Shown here piece by piece: positions 1 through 11,146 of a stretch of 53,639 nt of DNA; position 1 is the stretch's first letter; each line of letters opens with the position of its first letter. Origin of the DNA: a virus. Lineage: Duplodnaviria; Caudoviricetes. Location: positions 1-53,639 of the IMG/VR virus record IMGVR_UViG_3300021225_000313; one strand, 5' to 3'. The notes under the pieces were generated by a model that saw nothing but the letters and a program-made list of their open reading frames with translations, had not been told where the DNA came from and ran no database searches. A program made the translations under genes and the position numbers.

Positions 1-20
1 ATCAAATTTTTTAAATTTGT

Positions 21-314
21 TCATTCTTGTTTAATTTTATGTTGACAAAAATTCCATAATATTACATATCTCAATAATTTTTCTTCTGTATAATTATTTT
101 CACAAAAAAATTCAATTATAAGTTCAAAAACAAAGATATCATCTATTTCATACATATCATTTCTATTGATTAATGATGGTGAATAGTATTCTATTTCTTT
201 AAATGTTAATGAGACCGTCCTGTATGTATTATCGTCATCATCAGACAATGTAAATTCTACCGTTAATGTTTCGTTATTGTCGTTATAATAAAATCCATGT
301 ATAATCATATACAA
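21..314 (-). CDS. hypothetical acidic protein
   Basis: 97-aa ORF, divergent from the next gene; no recognisable motif. Confidence 0.55.
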   Translation of the reverse strand: MYMIIHGFYYNDNNETLTVEFTLSDDDDNTYRTVSLTFKEIEYYSPSLINRNDMYEIDDIFVFELIIEFFCENNYTEEKLLRYVILWNFCQHKIKQE

Positions 315-385
315 ATAGTGATAATTATTTCTTATTAATTATATTAATATATAAAAAAAACAATTATTTACATATAATTAATTAT

Positions 386-730
386 ATGGATTGGTATGAA
401 ATTGAATATTTATATCCGCACTCATATAAAAAATTTGTGGAAACAATGTTTCCTAATATTGGTGTTATTAGTGTTTCAATTCTTAAATATTACGATTTGA
501 AAAAATTATTTCAATTCTTTGATAATGAGGAAATATATTTAAATATTGAAATGATAAATACGTATCTTTGGTCTTACAATATAAATTGTGGAAATAAAAT
601 AATTTTCAATTCAAATGATTCATTCAAAAAAACAAGAAACGAAATTGAAAGTATTGGATTTTTCGAATGTTTCAGAATATTAGAAAAAAAAATAAATTAT
701 AAAAATAACCATGTATCTAATGAGTTATGA
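386..730 (+). CDS. hypothetical protein
   Basis: 114-aa ATG ORF after an AT-rich intergenic region. Confidence 0.65.
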   Translation: MDWYEIEYLYPHSYKKFVETMFPNIGVISVSILKYYDLKKLFQFFDNEEIYLNIEMINTYLWSYNINCGNKIIFNSNDSFKKTRNEIESIGFFECFRILEKKINYKNNHVSNEL

Positions 731-1019
731 TTTTTTGATTCAAGCAGTTAAAATATTACATAATGAAAATAATTCAAAATCTGATATTGATTTTGTTTAT
801 GACTTTGTTATGGAAACAACTGATACAACATTAAATGTATATAAAAACAGGACAAGTATAATATCATACACTAATGATTTCGAATTATTCATTGAGATTA
901 TTAATAAATTAATCACAATATTAGAATCCGAAGAGTATGAAGAATATGAAAAATGTTTATCGTTAGTTCAAAAAAGAAAAAATATTTTATTCTTGATTGA
1001 CGATGTTAGACTTATTTAA
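711..1019 (+). CDS. hypothetical protein with UVR-like C-terminal motif
   Basis: C-terminal EEYEEYEKC resembles a UvrB/C coiled motif; start may be 720. Confidence 0.55.
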   Translation: MYLMSYDFLIQAVKILHNENNSKSDIDFVYDFVMETTDTTLNVYKNRTSIISYTNDFELFIEIINKLITILESEEYEEYEKCLSLVQKRKNILFLIDDVRLI

Positions 1020-1238
1020 TAATTTGGTTAATAAAATATAACAACCAAAAAAAAGACCCGCAATACAATACATAATCAAATTGGCTCTCCAAATACTTCC
1101 TGTAATTTCCATTAAATAATATTGGACAGCATCGAACCCAAATGGATTGAAAAATAAACAAAGTGCAAGTGATGTATCTTTGTAAAAATTCAAACGAATA
1201 TTTTTGTCCTTTAAAGATTTTATTTTGTTTATCACCAT
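987..1238 (-). CDS. small membrane protein
   Basis: Two hydrophobic segments (LALCLFFNPFGF; LIMYCIAGLFFGCYILL). Confidence 0.6.
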   Translation of the reverse strand: MVINKIKSLKDKNIRLNFYKDTSLALCLFFNPFGFDAVQYYLMEITGSIWRANLIMYCIAGLFFGCYILLTKLLNKSNIVNQE

Positions 1239-1286
1239 CGGGGTCCATATATTATTTTTAACTTAATTATGATATAAATAAATATG

Positions 1287-3611
1287 TTAATTTTCTCTTC
1301 TTTCCTCTTTTGAATAATGATAAAATCTATTGTGTTCTGTTGGTGTTGCTAATAATATTCCTGGATTTATATTACCTTCAACTGTTTGTTGATATATATA
1401 TGACATCCATGTTTGTTCATACGGATGTGCCCATTTTGTATTTATGAACATTTTTTTATTTCCTTCTTTTGTGACTACTTGTGGCCAATTGCAATAAAAT
1501 ATTTCACCTGTTGCATATGGTACTGATTTATGTGATTTTATATTCCTATATTTCAAATAAGGTTCTTTTCCTGTATCATTCTCCGATTTTCTTGGTCTTT
1601 CAGGAAATAAACGTTCTCTGACATCTTGAGGTACATTGTGCCACGCCCATTGTTTACTATTATCACCAAAAAATTCAGAAAAGTTCCATTTTAAAAAATC
1701 AAAATTTTCAATATTAATAATATCTAACATGATATTATAAAAGTTTTTTATTTTTCTTCTAAAACCATTTCTACAAAATTCATCTTCACCTAAATAAAAA
1801 AACATATCATCTTCAAAGAAAAAATGAAAATCAAAATTGTTTTCATCTGAATGTTCTGCAATAAATTGTCTACCACCACAGATACCAATATTGTCTTTAT
1901 GAATTTCTTCAAATCCATATTTTTCACATAATTTATCATATTCGTCAAACTTACTTTTGTCCAATGAATTATTAATTAAGTATTTTTTTGGTTTATCTAA
2001 AAAATTTTTATCATATAATTCAAAAGACATACATAATTTTTCAAATTGTTCTGGCGAATTGTATGTTAATACATAAAGTGCGGTGTTATTAATATCATAT
2101 CTATTACCAGATATTATACCTGTTTTTTTAATTTTATAATTCTCATTTTTTAAATCTTCAAAAAATGGCCAAATTAAACCATCTTCTTTAATTATATACT
2201 GAGTAATTATATCATGATGATTGTATAGAATTATTGAGAATATACTCTCTTCTGTACCCATGTAACCATCATTCAAAGTGTTATTCAAGTATCCATAATA
2301 AAAACCATTTATTATATTTATTTTTTCTTTTTTACCACCAAAAAAACCACCTCTACAAACGTATTTCACATAATCTGTATTTGAATATTTCGCAATTGCA
2401 TTTCTTTCAAAACCATGTATTTCAGTTCCACCTATATATGGATAAGTTAAAAACACAAAATCATCATTTTCATCAATGAATTTAGGTAGTTTATCAAATA
2501 CTTTATCATGTGTAAAATATCCATAATGAACAGTATTAGTTATTCCCGCATCTATCCAAAAAAAGTATTCACTATTGAAAGGATTCCATATGGTTACGTT
2601 ATTTAACATAAACATTTTACTCATAACTAATGGATTATATCCTTCTAACGTCGCTTGTGGTGATTCTTTTAACCAACTAGCTTGAGATAACCAATCTTCA
2701 TTTTGTCTAATCTCATTTGTAATATTAGTAAAATTAAACCATTTCAAAAGTTCATCAAGTGTCATTTTGTTAATGACAGTATTGTTTTTATTTCTGTGTT
2801 CCCATATAAATGATTCATCTGATGGGTCACAAAAAATATACATATTGACATCAGTCTTGAGTAATTGACTAAATCTTTCTAAATAACTATCATAACCCCT
2901 TTTAAAAGAATCACTTATTTTATCTCTACCCAAATTCCATAATCCTGTGACAATTGTTACCTTATTTTCTTTCAATTTAGTGATTGTATTAGGTTTATTT
3001 TCTGTATTTAAATAGACATATTCTAAATCAGGATAATTTTTTACAATATATTTTAAAAAATTATTTGGTAACTGATTTTCACCAACTTCAAAATATATTT
3101 TATCTGAATTTTTATTAATAAAAATCCCATAATCAAATCTTAAACATAAAGGACGAAACCCTGAAAATCTAATTATGAAATTTTCTAATGTCAAATCTGA
3201 TTGTAAATGTGTTTCATGTACGTTACCAAAATGTTCACCTTGTTCAGATTCAAATGGAACACCAATAATTGTGGGTATATGTTTTAACTTATTTATAAGT
3301 TTTATTGCATCATCCTGTTTTATATGTTCTAATACATCACCTAAGATTATTAAATCATAATGATTGAAATCTATATCAAATTTTGTTATGTCTTCTATAA
3401 AAACATTTGTGTATTTTGATTTAAGTGAGTATGTTTCTACATAATTTTCAAAAACTTCAACACAATCTATATTGTTATAACCTAAAGGTCTTAATAGATT
3501 TGAATAAGTTCCTGAACCCGCACCAATATCTAAAATGTTAATATTTTTTCTAAAATTATCAACTATATAATTTTTTATTTCTTTTTTAAAATAATTTGTA
3601 CTAAACGGCAT
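1287..3611 (-). CDS. three-domain fusion: class I SAM methyltransferase + HtrL/YibB-like glycosyltransferase + GT-A-like domain
   Basis: ILDIGAGSG and GDVLEH (methyltransferase); TIVTGLWNLGR and FFWIDAG (HtrL-like); FFFEDDM acidic motif. Confidence 0.75.
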   Translation of the reverse strand: MPFSTNYFKKEIKNYIVDNFRKNINILDIGAGSGTYSNLLRPLGYNNIDCVEVFENYVETYSLKSKYTNVFIEDITKFDIDFNHYDLIILGDVLEHIKQDDAIKLINKLKHIPTIIGVPFESEQGEHFGNVHETHLQSDLTLENFIIRFSGFRPLCLRFDYGIFINKNSDKIYFEVGENQLPNNFLKYIVKNYPDLEYVYLNTENKPNTITKLKENKVTIVTGLWNLGRDKISDSFKRGYDSYLERFSQLLKTDVNMYIFCDPSDESFIWEHRNKNNTVINKMTLDELLKWFNFTNITNEIRQNEDWLSQASWLKESPQATLEGYNPLVMSKMFMLNNVTIWNPFNSEYFFWIDAGITNTVHYGYFTHDKVFDKLPKFIDENDDFVFLTYPYIGGTEIHGFERNAIAKYSNTDYVKYVCRGGFFGGKKEKINIINGFYYGYLNNTLNDGYMGTEESIFSIILYNHHDIITQYIIKEDGLIWPFFEDLKNENYKIKKTGIISGNRYDINNTALYVLTYNSPEQFEKLCMSFELYDKNFLDKPKKYLINNSLDKSKFDEYDKLCEKYGFEEIHKDNIGICGGRQFIAEHSDENNFDFHFFFEDDMFFYLGEDEFCRNGFRRKIKNFYNIMLDIINIENFDFLKWNFSEFFGDNSKQWAWHNVPQDVRERLFPERPRKSENDTGKEPYLKYRNIKSHKSVPYATGEIFYCNWPQVVTKEGNKKMFINTKWAHPYEQTWMSYIYQQTVEGNINPGILLATPTEHNRFYHYSKEERREN

Positions 3612-3622
3612 GTTAATTTAAA

Positions 3623-4297
3623 TTAAAAAAAAACGTGATTTAAAGGTAATCCATTGTTATTACCATAAATAAAAGTCATTCCTATGAAATATCCATTATT
3701 ATTTGGTTCTATCGGAAAATTTTTTTCATAATATGAACAATGAGTCAGTGTGGTATCATTATAAATTGGTTTAATTATAGTTCTAAGAAATTCTTGGTCT
3801 GAATTATATCCCATATCAGTATGAGGACCTATTTTATTTTTGAAATCTTTACATAATTTAGTCATATTTATTCTGTCATTCTTTTTCATTCCCCACATTC
3901 CAGCCATAAAATCATGATGATTTATATTATCTCTAATAGAATGAACTAAAAAATCTGACTCTAAAAATATATCAACTAATTGTTTTTCTCTATTTGATAA
4001 TCTAGAATCTGCATCTCGACAAATCATAACTTCAACATCTTCTTCATCTATTGGTAGAAATCTCCACATTCTATAAGAAAATTCTTCATTTTCTTTCATT
4101 TGTATTAATTCAACATTATCATATTTAATTATTTTATCAATAATATATTTAGGTACAGATTCGCCACAATATATTCTACATACCCAATTTGGATATAATA
4201 TTTTTGCCAATTCTATATTACAAATCACCCCATAATTATAAACTTCATATTGTCTATTAATACCTGTATATAAAGAAAATGAAATTATTTTTTTCAT
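3623..4297 (-). CDS. putative glycosyltransferase-like protein
   Basis: KIISFSLY, MWRFLP and CRDADSR (DxD) motifs; inside the glycosylation cluster. Confidence 0.55.
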   Translation of the reverse strand: MKKIISFSLYTGINRQYEVYNYGVICNIELAKILYPNWVCRIYCGESVPKYIIDKIIKYDNVELIQMKENEEFSYRMWRFLPIDEEDVEVMICRDADSRLSNREKQLVDIFLESDFLVHSIRDNINHHDFMAGMWGMKKNDRINMTKLCKDFKNKIGPHTDMGYNSDQEFLRTIIKPIYNDTTLTHCSYYEKNFPIEPNNNGYFIGMTFIYGNNNGLPLNHVFF

Positions 4298-4300
4298 AAA

Positions 4301-5182
4301 TCATATCATTGATGTTTTTATTTTTTCTAACCAATTATCATAATTGATATTATTAATAATCCCATAAAGAACAAAATTTGAAGGGAAATAATTATATGAC
4401 CATATTTTTATACATTTTGAAAATGAAACCATTTCTGAAAGTATAATTTTCGAATGATTAATATAATCATCAATATTTTCAAGTTTTTCTGAATTATTTA
4501 CAATATTATGCATTGGTAGTTTTTCATTAGGATACACATAAAAAAAAACATTACTATAATTTTTGGAAAAAAAATCACAAACTTTTCTATTAATAGAACA
4601 TATCATAATGTCATTTTCAGAATATTCCTCTATAATTTTATTGGCGATTTTTATTTTATGACCCCAATAAGAGTCATTAATTAACGTATTTATATCACTA
4701 TTTATATTTTCATCACCTCCTCTGATATGAATACCAATTATATTTTTTTTATTTTTCGTTATTTTGTCTGACTCATCTATGATATCTTTTTGTATCAAAT
4801 TTAAATCTAATATAGGTTCAATCGAAGATAAATTTCTATTATTTCTATTTATATATTTGTGGTATTGTTTATATTCTTCTAATAATTGTGTTTTTCCTTT
4901 TGACCAAATTTGTATTGAAGTAAATAAAATCAATTCATATCCTTTAGTTATATTTTCTACCTCATTAAAATTAACTTGTCTAATATCGCAATCAAAAGAA
5001 TTAAAATTATAAATAACATCTAAATTAACATCTTTAGAAAAATATTTATGACCTTTTGAGACAATAACTTTGGGTTCTATACCTAATTTTCTTAAATCAT
5101 GAAGGCAATTCAACCCAGTAATAATACTTGAGTATTGGTCCCCAAATCCTGTTTCACAAAAAATTATAATTATTACATCCAT
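4301..5182 (-). CDS. putative fucosyltransferase-like (GT-B) glycosyltransferase
   Basis: GFGDQ near the N-terminus and IGIHIRGGD (HxRxxD motif). Confidence 0.65.
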   Translation of the reverse strand: MDVIIIIFCETGFGDQYSSIITGLNCLHDLRKLGIEPKVIVSKGHKYFSKDVNLDVIYNFNSFDCDIRQVNFNEVENITKGYELILFTSIQIWSKGKTQLLEEYKQYHKYINRNNRNLSSIEPILDLNLIQKDIIDESDKITKNKKNIIGIHIRGGDENINSDINTLINDSYWGHKIKIANKIIEEYSENDIMICSINRKVCDFFSKNYSNVFFYVYPNEKLPMHNIVNNSEKLENIDDYINHSKIILSEMVSFSKCIKIWSYNYFPSNFVLYGIINNINYDNWLEKIKTSMI

Positions 5183-5188
5183 ATTAAT

Positions 5189-5881
5189 TTAAAATTTTTT
5201 ATAATTTTCATAAATATTATAATAAAGGTCAAATGATGGTGGTACGTTTAAAAAAGAAAAAACTTTGTGTTCAGTATTCAAAATAAAATTTTCTGCAGAA
5301 TATCTATGTTCGAACAATATATTATTTTCTAATTTTTTTATATAACTTGATTTTGACCAAAAAAAATTACCATTAAATATTTTAATTAATTTTAATGTTC
5401 CATTTATATTTGCTGCATGGTCTTGGTAATTTATACCACAACAATCAAAACCTTCGTTCAATTTATTTATACAATTTTCCCAATTTTCAATTAAAAAATA
5501 CTCCATCATTTTCCTCCATTCTCTCACAGGTTTCTCTCTTATTGTATTGTGTTGTGTTATACCTTTTGTATGAAAATATAAAATAGGCACATCGTCTTCA
5601 TTACTATCACAAAAAAGTTTCATTTGATAAAGAGTAGGTGATTCACCACAACATCCATTTGATTCAAAAAAAAGAATATTGTGTTCTATTATACTTAATA
5701 TTTCTAATAATTTATTGTATTCAGCATCTTTATTAATTCTGTTCCCATAAACAATCCCAATATTCAATTTAGATTTTTCTAAAATTTTTGAATTAATTAG
5801 TGTGTTAATTTGTTCAGAAACAATATCAACCCAATTTGTTTCTAAAAAAATATGATAAAAAATGTTGATATTATTATTCAT
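5189..5881 (-). CDS. putative glycosyltransferase-related protein
   Basis: ILYFHTKG and FNGNFFWSKSSYI motifs; cluster context. Confidence 0.5.
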   Translation of the reverse strand: MNNNINIFYHIFLETNWVDIVSEQINTLINSKILEKSKLNIGIVYGNRINKDAEYNKLLEILSIIEHNILFFESNGCCGESPTLYQMKLFCDSNEDDVPILYFHTKGITQHNTIREKPVREWRKMMEYFLIENWENCINKLNEGFDCCGINYQDHAANINGTLKLIKIFNGNFFWSKSSYIKKLENNILFEHRYSAENFILNTEHKVFSFLNVPPSFDLYYNIYENYKKF

Positions 5882-6564
5882 TATAAAAAATTTTGAAAAC
5901 CAATAAAATTTTTATATGATGATGCGTTAGTTGCGTTACTTAAATAATAAAAAAATTCATAATTGGATTCTTTCATTGTATTAATTTCATCATTAGTCAT
6001 TTCCCACGGTATATGATTTGCACTGTAAGGGTAGTCTGTAGCACAATTTTTACCTGAATTTGGTTGTTTTTTAGTATTATACATCGCAAAAGTTGTATCA
6101 ACTAATTGATTGGTTAATAATCCATCAAATACACTATTTTTATCCCAATTAATTATTGACCAAGTTTTTAAAAAATGATAATATGGTGAATTTTCATTCA
6201 CTTCCCAATTTTTAAGTGATAACCCAATTTTACTATAATCATTATGTTTTTCTAACTTTTCTTTAATATGTATCAGACAATCTTTTGGTGTTTCGGATAA
6301 ATCTAAATCGGGGTCTGTAACTACATAATAATCGAAATTATATTTTTCGGGGATATTTATAATCCAAGGACAACCTTGACCATAATTTTTTGTAAAAATT
6401 ATTTCACATGGTTTCGTTCTATACCAATCAAGTAACGGTTCATATGTTGAATCATTATCAATAATAATTATTTCACCAACATTCTCAAATTTTGCAATTT
6501 CTTGTACCATTTTAGACGGCCATGTTAATAAATTTCTATTATTTATAATAACGGGTATTTTCAT
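5881..6564 (-). CDS. GT2-like glycosyltransferase
   Basis: IIIIDNDSTY and VVTDPD (DxD) motifs. Confidence 0.7.
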   Translation of the reverse strand: MKIPVIINNRNLLTWPSKMVQEIAKFENVGEIIIIDNDSTYEPLLDWYRTKPCEIIFTKNYGQGCPWIINIPEKYNFDYYVVTDPDLDLSETPKDCLIHIKEKLEKHNDYSKIGLSLKNWEVNENSPYYHFLKTWSIINWDKNSVFDGLLTNQLVDTTFAMYNTKKQPNSGKNCATDYPYSANHIPWEMTNDEINTMKESNYEFFYYLSNATNASSYKNFIGFQNFL

Positions 6565-7229
6565 TTTTTATAAATTACTATATCAAAATAATTACCATAA
6601 TTTTCAATATTAGACACATCGATTTCTTTATACTCAAAAAAAGGTTTTATTGTTTTATAAAAATATTCTTTGTCTTCTTTCCAACCTGGATGTAAAGAAA
6701 CATGCATAGGAACGTTTAAATCCCACAAAAATTTATCTTGTAGTAATTCTGTTTCATGTCCTTCCACATCAATTTTTATTACTGATACATCATCTTGTAA
6801 TAAACTATATTTTGAAAATATCTCTGAGATTGAAATACATTCACATGTAATTGGATTTTGTCTACAAGAATCTCTCGTACCACTTTGTCCAAGTGTTTCA
6901 CATCCTATTTCAATTGTAGAATGAATAGATACTGCTTTTTTTTCTAAAAATATATTATTAATATTATTCTCTTGAATATTTTTTTGAAATTCATCATATG
7001 CAATTATATCAGGTTCAAAACATATACAATCTTTTGAATAAAAACTCGCAACTAAAGAAATTGGACCAATCCAAGAACCAATGTCAATAAATGTTTTATC
7101 TTTATTCCAAAATTTTTGCAAAAAATCAAATGTAGATTCTTCCCAAAAATCATAACTTTTTATCCAAAAATCTTTGTTCAAATTAGATTCTATTACATTA
7201 AAATAAACATCTCTTTTTTTACATTTCAT
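6561..7229 (-). CDS. FkbM-family methyltransferase
   Basis: FIDIGSWIG, CFEPD and IKIDVEGHE motifs. Confidence 0.85.
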   Translation of the reverse strand: MKCKKRDVYFNVIESNLNKDFWIKSYDFWEESTFDFLQKFWNKDKTFIDIGSWIGPISLVASFYSKDCICFEPDIIAYDEFQKNIQENNINNIFLEKKAVSIHSTIEIGCETLGQSGTRDSCRQNPITCECISISEIFSKYSLLQDDVSVIKIDVEGHETELLQDKFLWDLNVPMHVSLHPGWKEDKEYFYKTIKPFFEYKEIDVSNIENYGNYFDIVIYKK

Positions 7230-9446
7230 TTAATTAATTTTTTCAATAATTAATAATTTATAATTTTCTTCATTAAGAATATATTTGTTGGTGAAATCTG
7301 TTTCTAAATATTTTTTAATTTTTTGTATAGTATCTTCTCTTTTTGCCCAACTAGCATGTAAATCTTCAATGAAATATTTACCTCCATTTTTTAAATGTGG
7401 GAATAAAGTTTCGAAACTATTTACAATATGCTCATGATTATGACTCCCATCATCAATTATGAAATCTATTTTTTTAGATATATCAAACTGTTTTATAAAT
7501 TTTTCCAAATCTTCTTTATTATTTTGGTCTCCTTGGAAAACTTTAATTTTTTCTCTATTAAAATTAAGATTCTGACAATCTACAATATCAAATCCATAAT
7601 ATTTCATTTTGTTAAAAACTTTATCCCAAAATTTCAAACAACCACCAGGAAATCTAACATCATTAATACCAATTTCAACAATTGTTGGTTCTGAATTTAA
7701 ATACGGTGACATATGATATTCATAAATTTTAGTATACATATGACCTTCGTGAAGAGAACCTTTATCTATTCCGTAATAATCAGCAATTTCTGTAAAATTA
7801 TTAAACCTTATATCAATACTTACATCTTGTAATTCATTATTTTTATTATTTGATTCTATTGTTAAACTATCTTTATTATAATTTTTATCATCATACAAGT
7901 CCATAATTTTTAAAACCCCTTTTTGTAAATCATCCCAATCGTCAAATTCAAAAAACTTGATTGGTTTATCAAATAACATTAAAAATAATATTTCTTGTTC
8001 ACTTGTATAATCATTTAAAATATTAACTAATTTTTCTATTATTGATTTATAATTTTCTAAATACTCGATTATTAAATTTGATTTTCCACCAAATAAACAT
8101 GCTGGTATTATTTTGGGTGTAACACCAAATTCTGTTTGTATTTTCTCTCTGACTTCATAATTTATTAAAATATGATTACCTTTCATTGCAATAAAATCAT
8201 ATTTGTCAATTTTTTCAAAAATCTTAATTAAAAAATTTTTTGTGTGACAGATATCGTTCATTTTATCCCTCCACGCATTACTACAACTTGTACCAAACAT
8301 ACCAGAATCTATCCATATTACACTTGTATTTTCATCATTTGATTCATTCAATAAAAATTCAATCTTATTAAAAATTACTTCAATATAATTTTTAACACAA
8401 TGAATTCTATCCCAAATTTCTCCTTCTGATACTCTTTTTTGCCTTATCGGATTTAAAAATTCATTATAATATTCAGAATTTAATTCTTTGAATTTAATTG
8501 TGATATTTTTTTTTGAAAATATTGATGATAAATTATATTTTTCATATGTAAATTTATCTGTGTAAATTACATATTCATAATCATCATAAATTATATTTCT
8601 AATTGTTTGTGTTAATAATTCGAATCCTTTATACCAACTACCTCCTCTTTCATCGATATAATTTAATTCATATATAGATGTTACTATTTTTTTTGTTATT
8701 GTCTTATTAGTTGATGAATTATCATATGTAGAATCATACCATTTATCATGTATTGGTGTAAGGGCATTTACACATTTATTTGAATTATTACCAACCGTTA
8801 TTCCGCAACTTAACGCAGAAAAACACATCTCATCAATATTACCTGCTGGTGTATTAGGTAAACCTACATTTTTTTTATGTTTAATACATTCATCCCAAAC
8901 TCTCAAAAAATTATAAAATTTAGATATTTCGATATCTATAAATTGTATACAATCTTCAGGCATGAAGTTAAGTTCATTTTTATCAAATGATACATTAAAA
9001 TATTTTTCATAACTTAAAAATCGATTACCTAACATACTATTTGTCATTATTTCATTCGAAAAATTATATGTTACTTGTCCTTGTATTGAATTTTTTACAA
9101 AACCTTTTAACATATATTCTTCATTGAATAATGATTTATTTGGAACCGCGTCTGCATCAGATAATATGATTTTTGTGTATCCTAAATTTAATGCTGCAAG
9201 TAAAGAATATCTTTTAACAGAAAAATCAAAAGTGTAATAACTATTGGAATATGTTTTATATTCAGGATTGAATTGTGATATATCAAATTTTTTTACAAAA
9301 GATTTATCCAAAATATTTCCCACATTATCTGTAACAACAACAACTGTAGGTTTAAAATCGCATTTATCTATTTCTGATATCATACGATTTACTTGATTAT
9401 GATATCTTTCACTATAACAAAATGTCGCAATTGCAAAATTAGACAT
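7230..9446 (-). CDS. multidomain glycosyltransferase (GT-A + HtrL-like) fused to a sugar O-methyltransferase
   Basis: LSDADA (DxD); WIDSG; C-terminal VEIGI, FIIDDGSH and GGKYFIEDL. Confidence 0.7.
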   Translation of the reverse strand: MSNFAIATFCYSERYHNQVNRMISEIDKCDFKPTVVVVTDNVGNILDKSFVKKFDISQFNPEYKTYSNSYYTFDFSVKRYSLLAALNLGYTKIILSDADAVPNKSLFNEEYMLKGFVKNSIQGQVTYNFSNEIMTNSMLGNRFLSYEKYFNVSFDKNELNFMPEDCIQFIDIEISKFYNFLRVWDECIKHKKNVGLPNTPAGNIDEMCFSALSCGITVGNNSNKCVNALTPIHDKWYDSTYDNSSTNKTITKKIVTSIYELNYIDERGGSWYKGFELLTQTIRNIIYDDYEYVIYTDKFTYEKYNLSSIFSKKNITIKFKELNSEYYNEFLNPIRQKRVSEGEIWDRIHCVKNYIEVIFNKIEFLLNESNDENTSVIWIDSGMFGTSCSNAWRDKMNDICHTKNFLIKIFEKIDKYDFIAMKGNHILINYEVREKIQTEFGVTPKIIPACLFGGKSNLIIEYLENYKSIIEKLVNILNDYTSEQEILFLMLFDKPIKFFEFDDWDDLQKGVLKIMDLYDDKNYNKDSLTIESNNKNNELQDVSIDIRFNNFTEIADYYGIDKGSLHEGHMYTKIYEYHMSPYLNSEPTIVEIGINDVRFPGGCLKFWDKVFNKMKYYGFDIVDCQNLNFNREKIKVFQGDQNNKEDLEKFIKQFDISKKIDFIIDDGSHNHEHIVNSFETLFPHLKNGGKYFIEDLHASWAKREDTIQKIKKYLETDFTNKYILNEENYKLLIIEKIN

Positions 9447-9455
9447 ATAATAAAA

Positions 9456-10706
9456 TTATAAATTACCTGTTATTCTTTCTCCCCAACCTTTTGAAATAGA
9501 ATGTGGCCATACCACCCAATATTTGGGGGTTGTTTCTGTTTGAAATTCCCTCCAAATTTTACAGTAACCATCACTATCATTCAACATCCTCTTTATTTCA
9601 TTTGAATCTGCGTCCTGTCTATAAATAGTCTCATCTTTTTCATCATGGAACGCAATTGCCCAAAAATTATAGTCCTTTTCAGGTACTTGTGAAAATGATA
9701 AATCGATACAGTGTTTGAATATTTTTAAGAATGAATTTTCAAACTCTTCACCATATAATGGTGGATTTGGTGCAAGATTATTATCCAATGTATATTTTTG
9801 AACTGCTCTCTTTTTAAAAGAGATACCTGCATATCTTTCATAGTCTTCGAGTGTCCTTATTTTACCAAAGTCGTAAATACCAAAATCAATATCTTTTACT
9901 TCACCATCCATTTCAAATAGTTTTCTATTTCTTAAATGGCAGTGATTGTTTCTTTTTACCCACTCTTTATCGTCATCCCATTGTTTTGTCCTACCTTTCC
10001 TTGTATATTCGTGCCATACAACAACTTTATGAGGATGAAATATATCATAACCCCATGTGTATGCTCTTACCGCAATTGAAATTTCTTCACCATGAAAATA
10101 ATACTCAGGGTCATGTGGGACTTCTTTTACAAATTGACCTAATGTAAAACAGAAATGGGCAGAATAAAATCTACCAGGAATTGGTTCAGATAATTCTTTA
10201 TAATTGTCAATAGACGCAGGGAGAAAAAATACCGCACCTTCAGGGATGAACCTATCAAAATTCATTTTCCAAGGTATTTCAACCCTCTCTGCAGGGTCAT
10301 TAGAGGGGTTAAATGACGATACATAACCTGTCAACAATGGTTTGTCATGTCCCTTTGATTTAAGGTGATTTACCATGTCAATTAACTCCTGGTCCCAATT
10401 TTCAATAAACCTATGATGTGAATCCAATTGTAATGTATATTCTTCACCATCGTATTGTTGTTGTAATAGATTCCTTGCCCAACAAGCACCTTTCGAATCT
10501 TTATAATCTATATCAATTATCTTGAACCTTGGGTCATCTTTAAACTCATCCAAATTGTCCCATGTATCATTTATCGAATGTTGCCAAGCAATAGAGAAAA
10601 CTAAATTTTCAGGGTGTTTTGCATTTTTTATACAATCCTTAATTGTTGGAACCAATTCAGGGTCTCTGTAAGAGGCAATCTGTACGAATATTTTTTCTTT
10701 GTTCAT
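9456..10706 (-). CDS. GlcNAc-transferase (GT60/Skp1-hydroxyproline GlcNAc transferase-like)
   Basis: IFVQIASYRDPEL, GACWAR, LQLDSHHRF and FHGEEI motifs. Confidence 0.8.
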   Translation of the reverse strand: MNKEKIFVQIASYRDPELVPTIKDCIKNAKHPENLVFSIAWQHSINDTWDNLDEFKDDPRFKIIDIDYKDSKGACWARNLLQQQYDGEEYTLQLDSHHRFIENWDQELIDMVNHLKSKGHDKPLLTGYVSSFNPSNDPAERVEIPWKMNFDRFIPEGAVFFLPASIDNYKELSEPIPGRFYSAHFCFTLGQFVKEVPHDPEYYFHGEEISIAVRAYTWGYDIFHPHKVVVWHEYTRKGRTKQWDDDKEWVKRNNHCHLRNRKLFEMDGEVKDIDFGIYDFGKIRTLEDYERYAGISFKKRAVQKYTLDNNLAPNPPLYGEEFENSFLKIFKHCIDLSFSQVPEKDYNFWAIAFHDEKDETIYRQDADSNEIKRMLNDSDGYCKIWREFQTETTPKYWVVWPHSISKGWGERITGNL

Positions 10707-10783
10707 TTGTAAATTGTTTATTCTAAATTTTTTTTATTAAAAATTTTTAATTATACTTATTAATATATAAAATTAAATTGAAA

Positions 10784-11146
10784 ATGTCAAAAGTTTATCA
10801 GCCGTTTATTGTAGAAAAAGTGGAAGAAATTATGACAGTTTTAGAAGAGACTAATTTTTTTGAAGAACATGAATTAGAAAGTAGAGAATTTGCAAAAGAC
10901 TACTTATCAACAAATTTGACAAATAAATTCATTCTTGGTACGATTGATTCTCAAACAGAAGAATTGTTTACTGAAGAAGAATTTGGGATAGCATTAAAAG
11001 AAATTATTGTGGGCACAGTTTTGAATGAATTAAAAGATAAAGGTTATCTTAATTCATATGAAGATGAAGATACCGAAGAGATTTTCTTCTTGACAGATGA
11101 AGGTAAAAAATATTTAAAAAACGTTGTTGATAATGATTCACTCTAA
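10784..11146 (+). CDS. hypothetical protein, possible winged-helix C-terminus
   Basis: LKDKGYL...FFLTDEGKKYL pattern; ATG start chosen over TTG at 10778. Confidence 0.55.
   Translation: MSKVYQPFIVEKVEEIMTVLEETNFFEEHELESREFAKDYLSTNLTNKFILGTIDSQTEELFTEEEFGIALKEIIVGTVLNELKDKGYLNSYEDEDTEEIFFLTDEGKKYLKNVVDNDSL

Noticed and set aside
1287-10706. Chromosomal O-antigen or capsule locus
   Set aside because: No transport, polymerase or nucleotide-sugar genes, and the surrounding context is phage-like.
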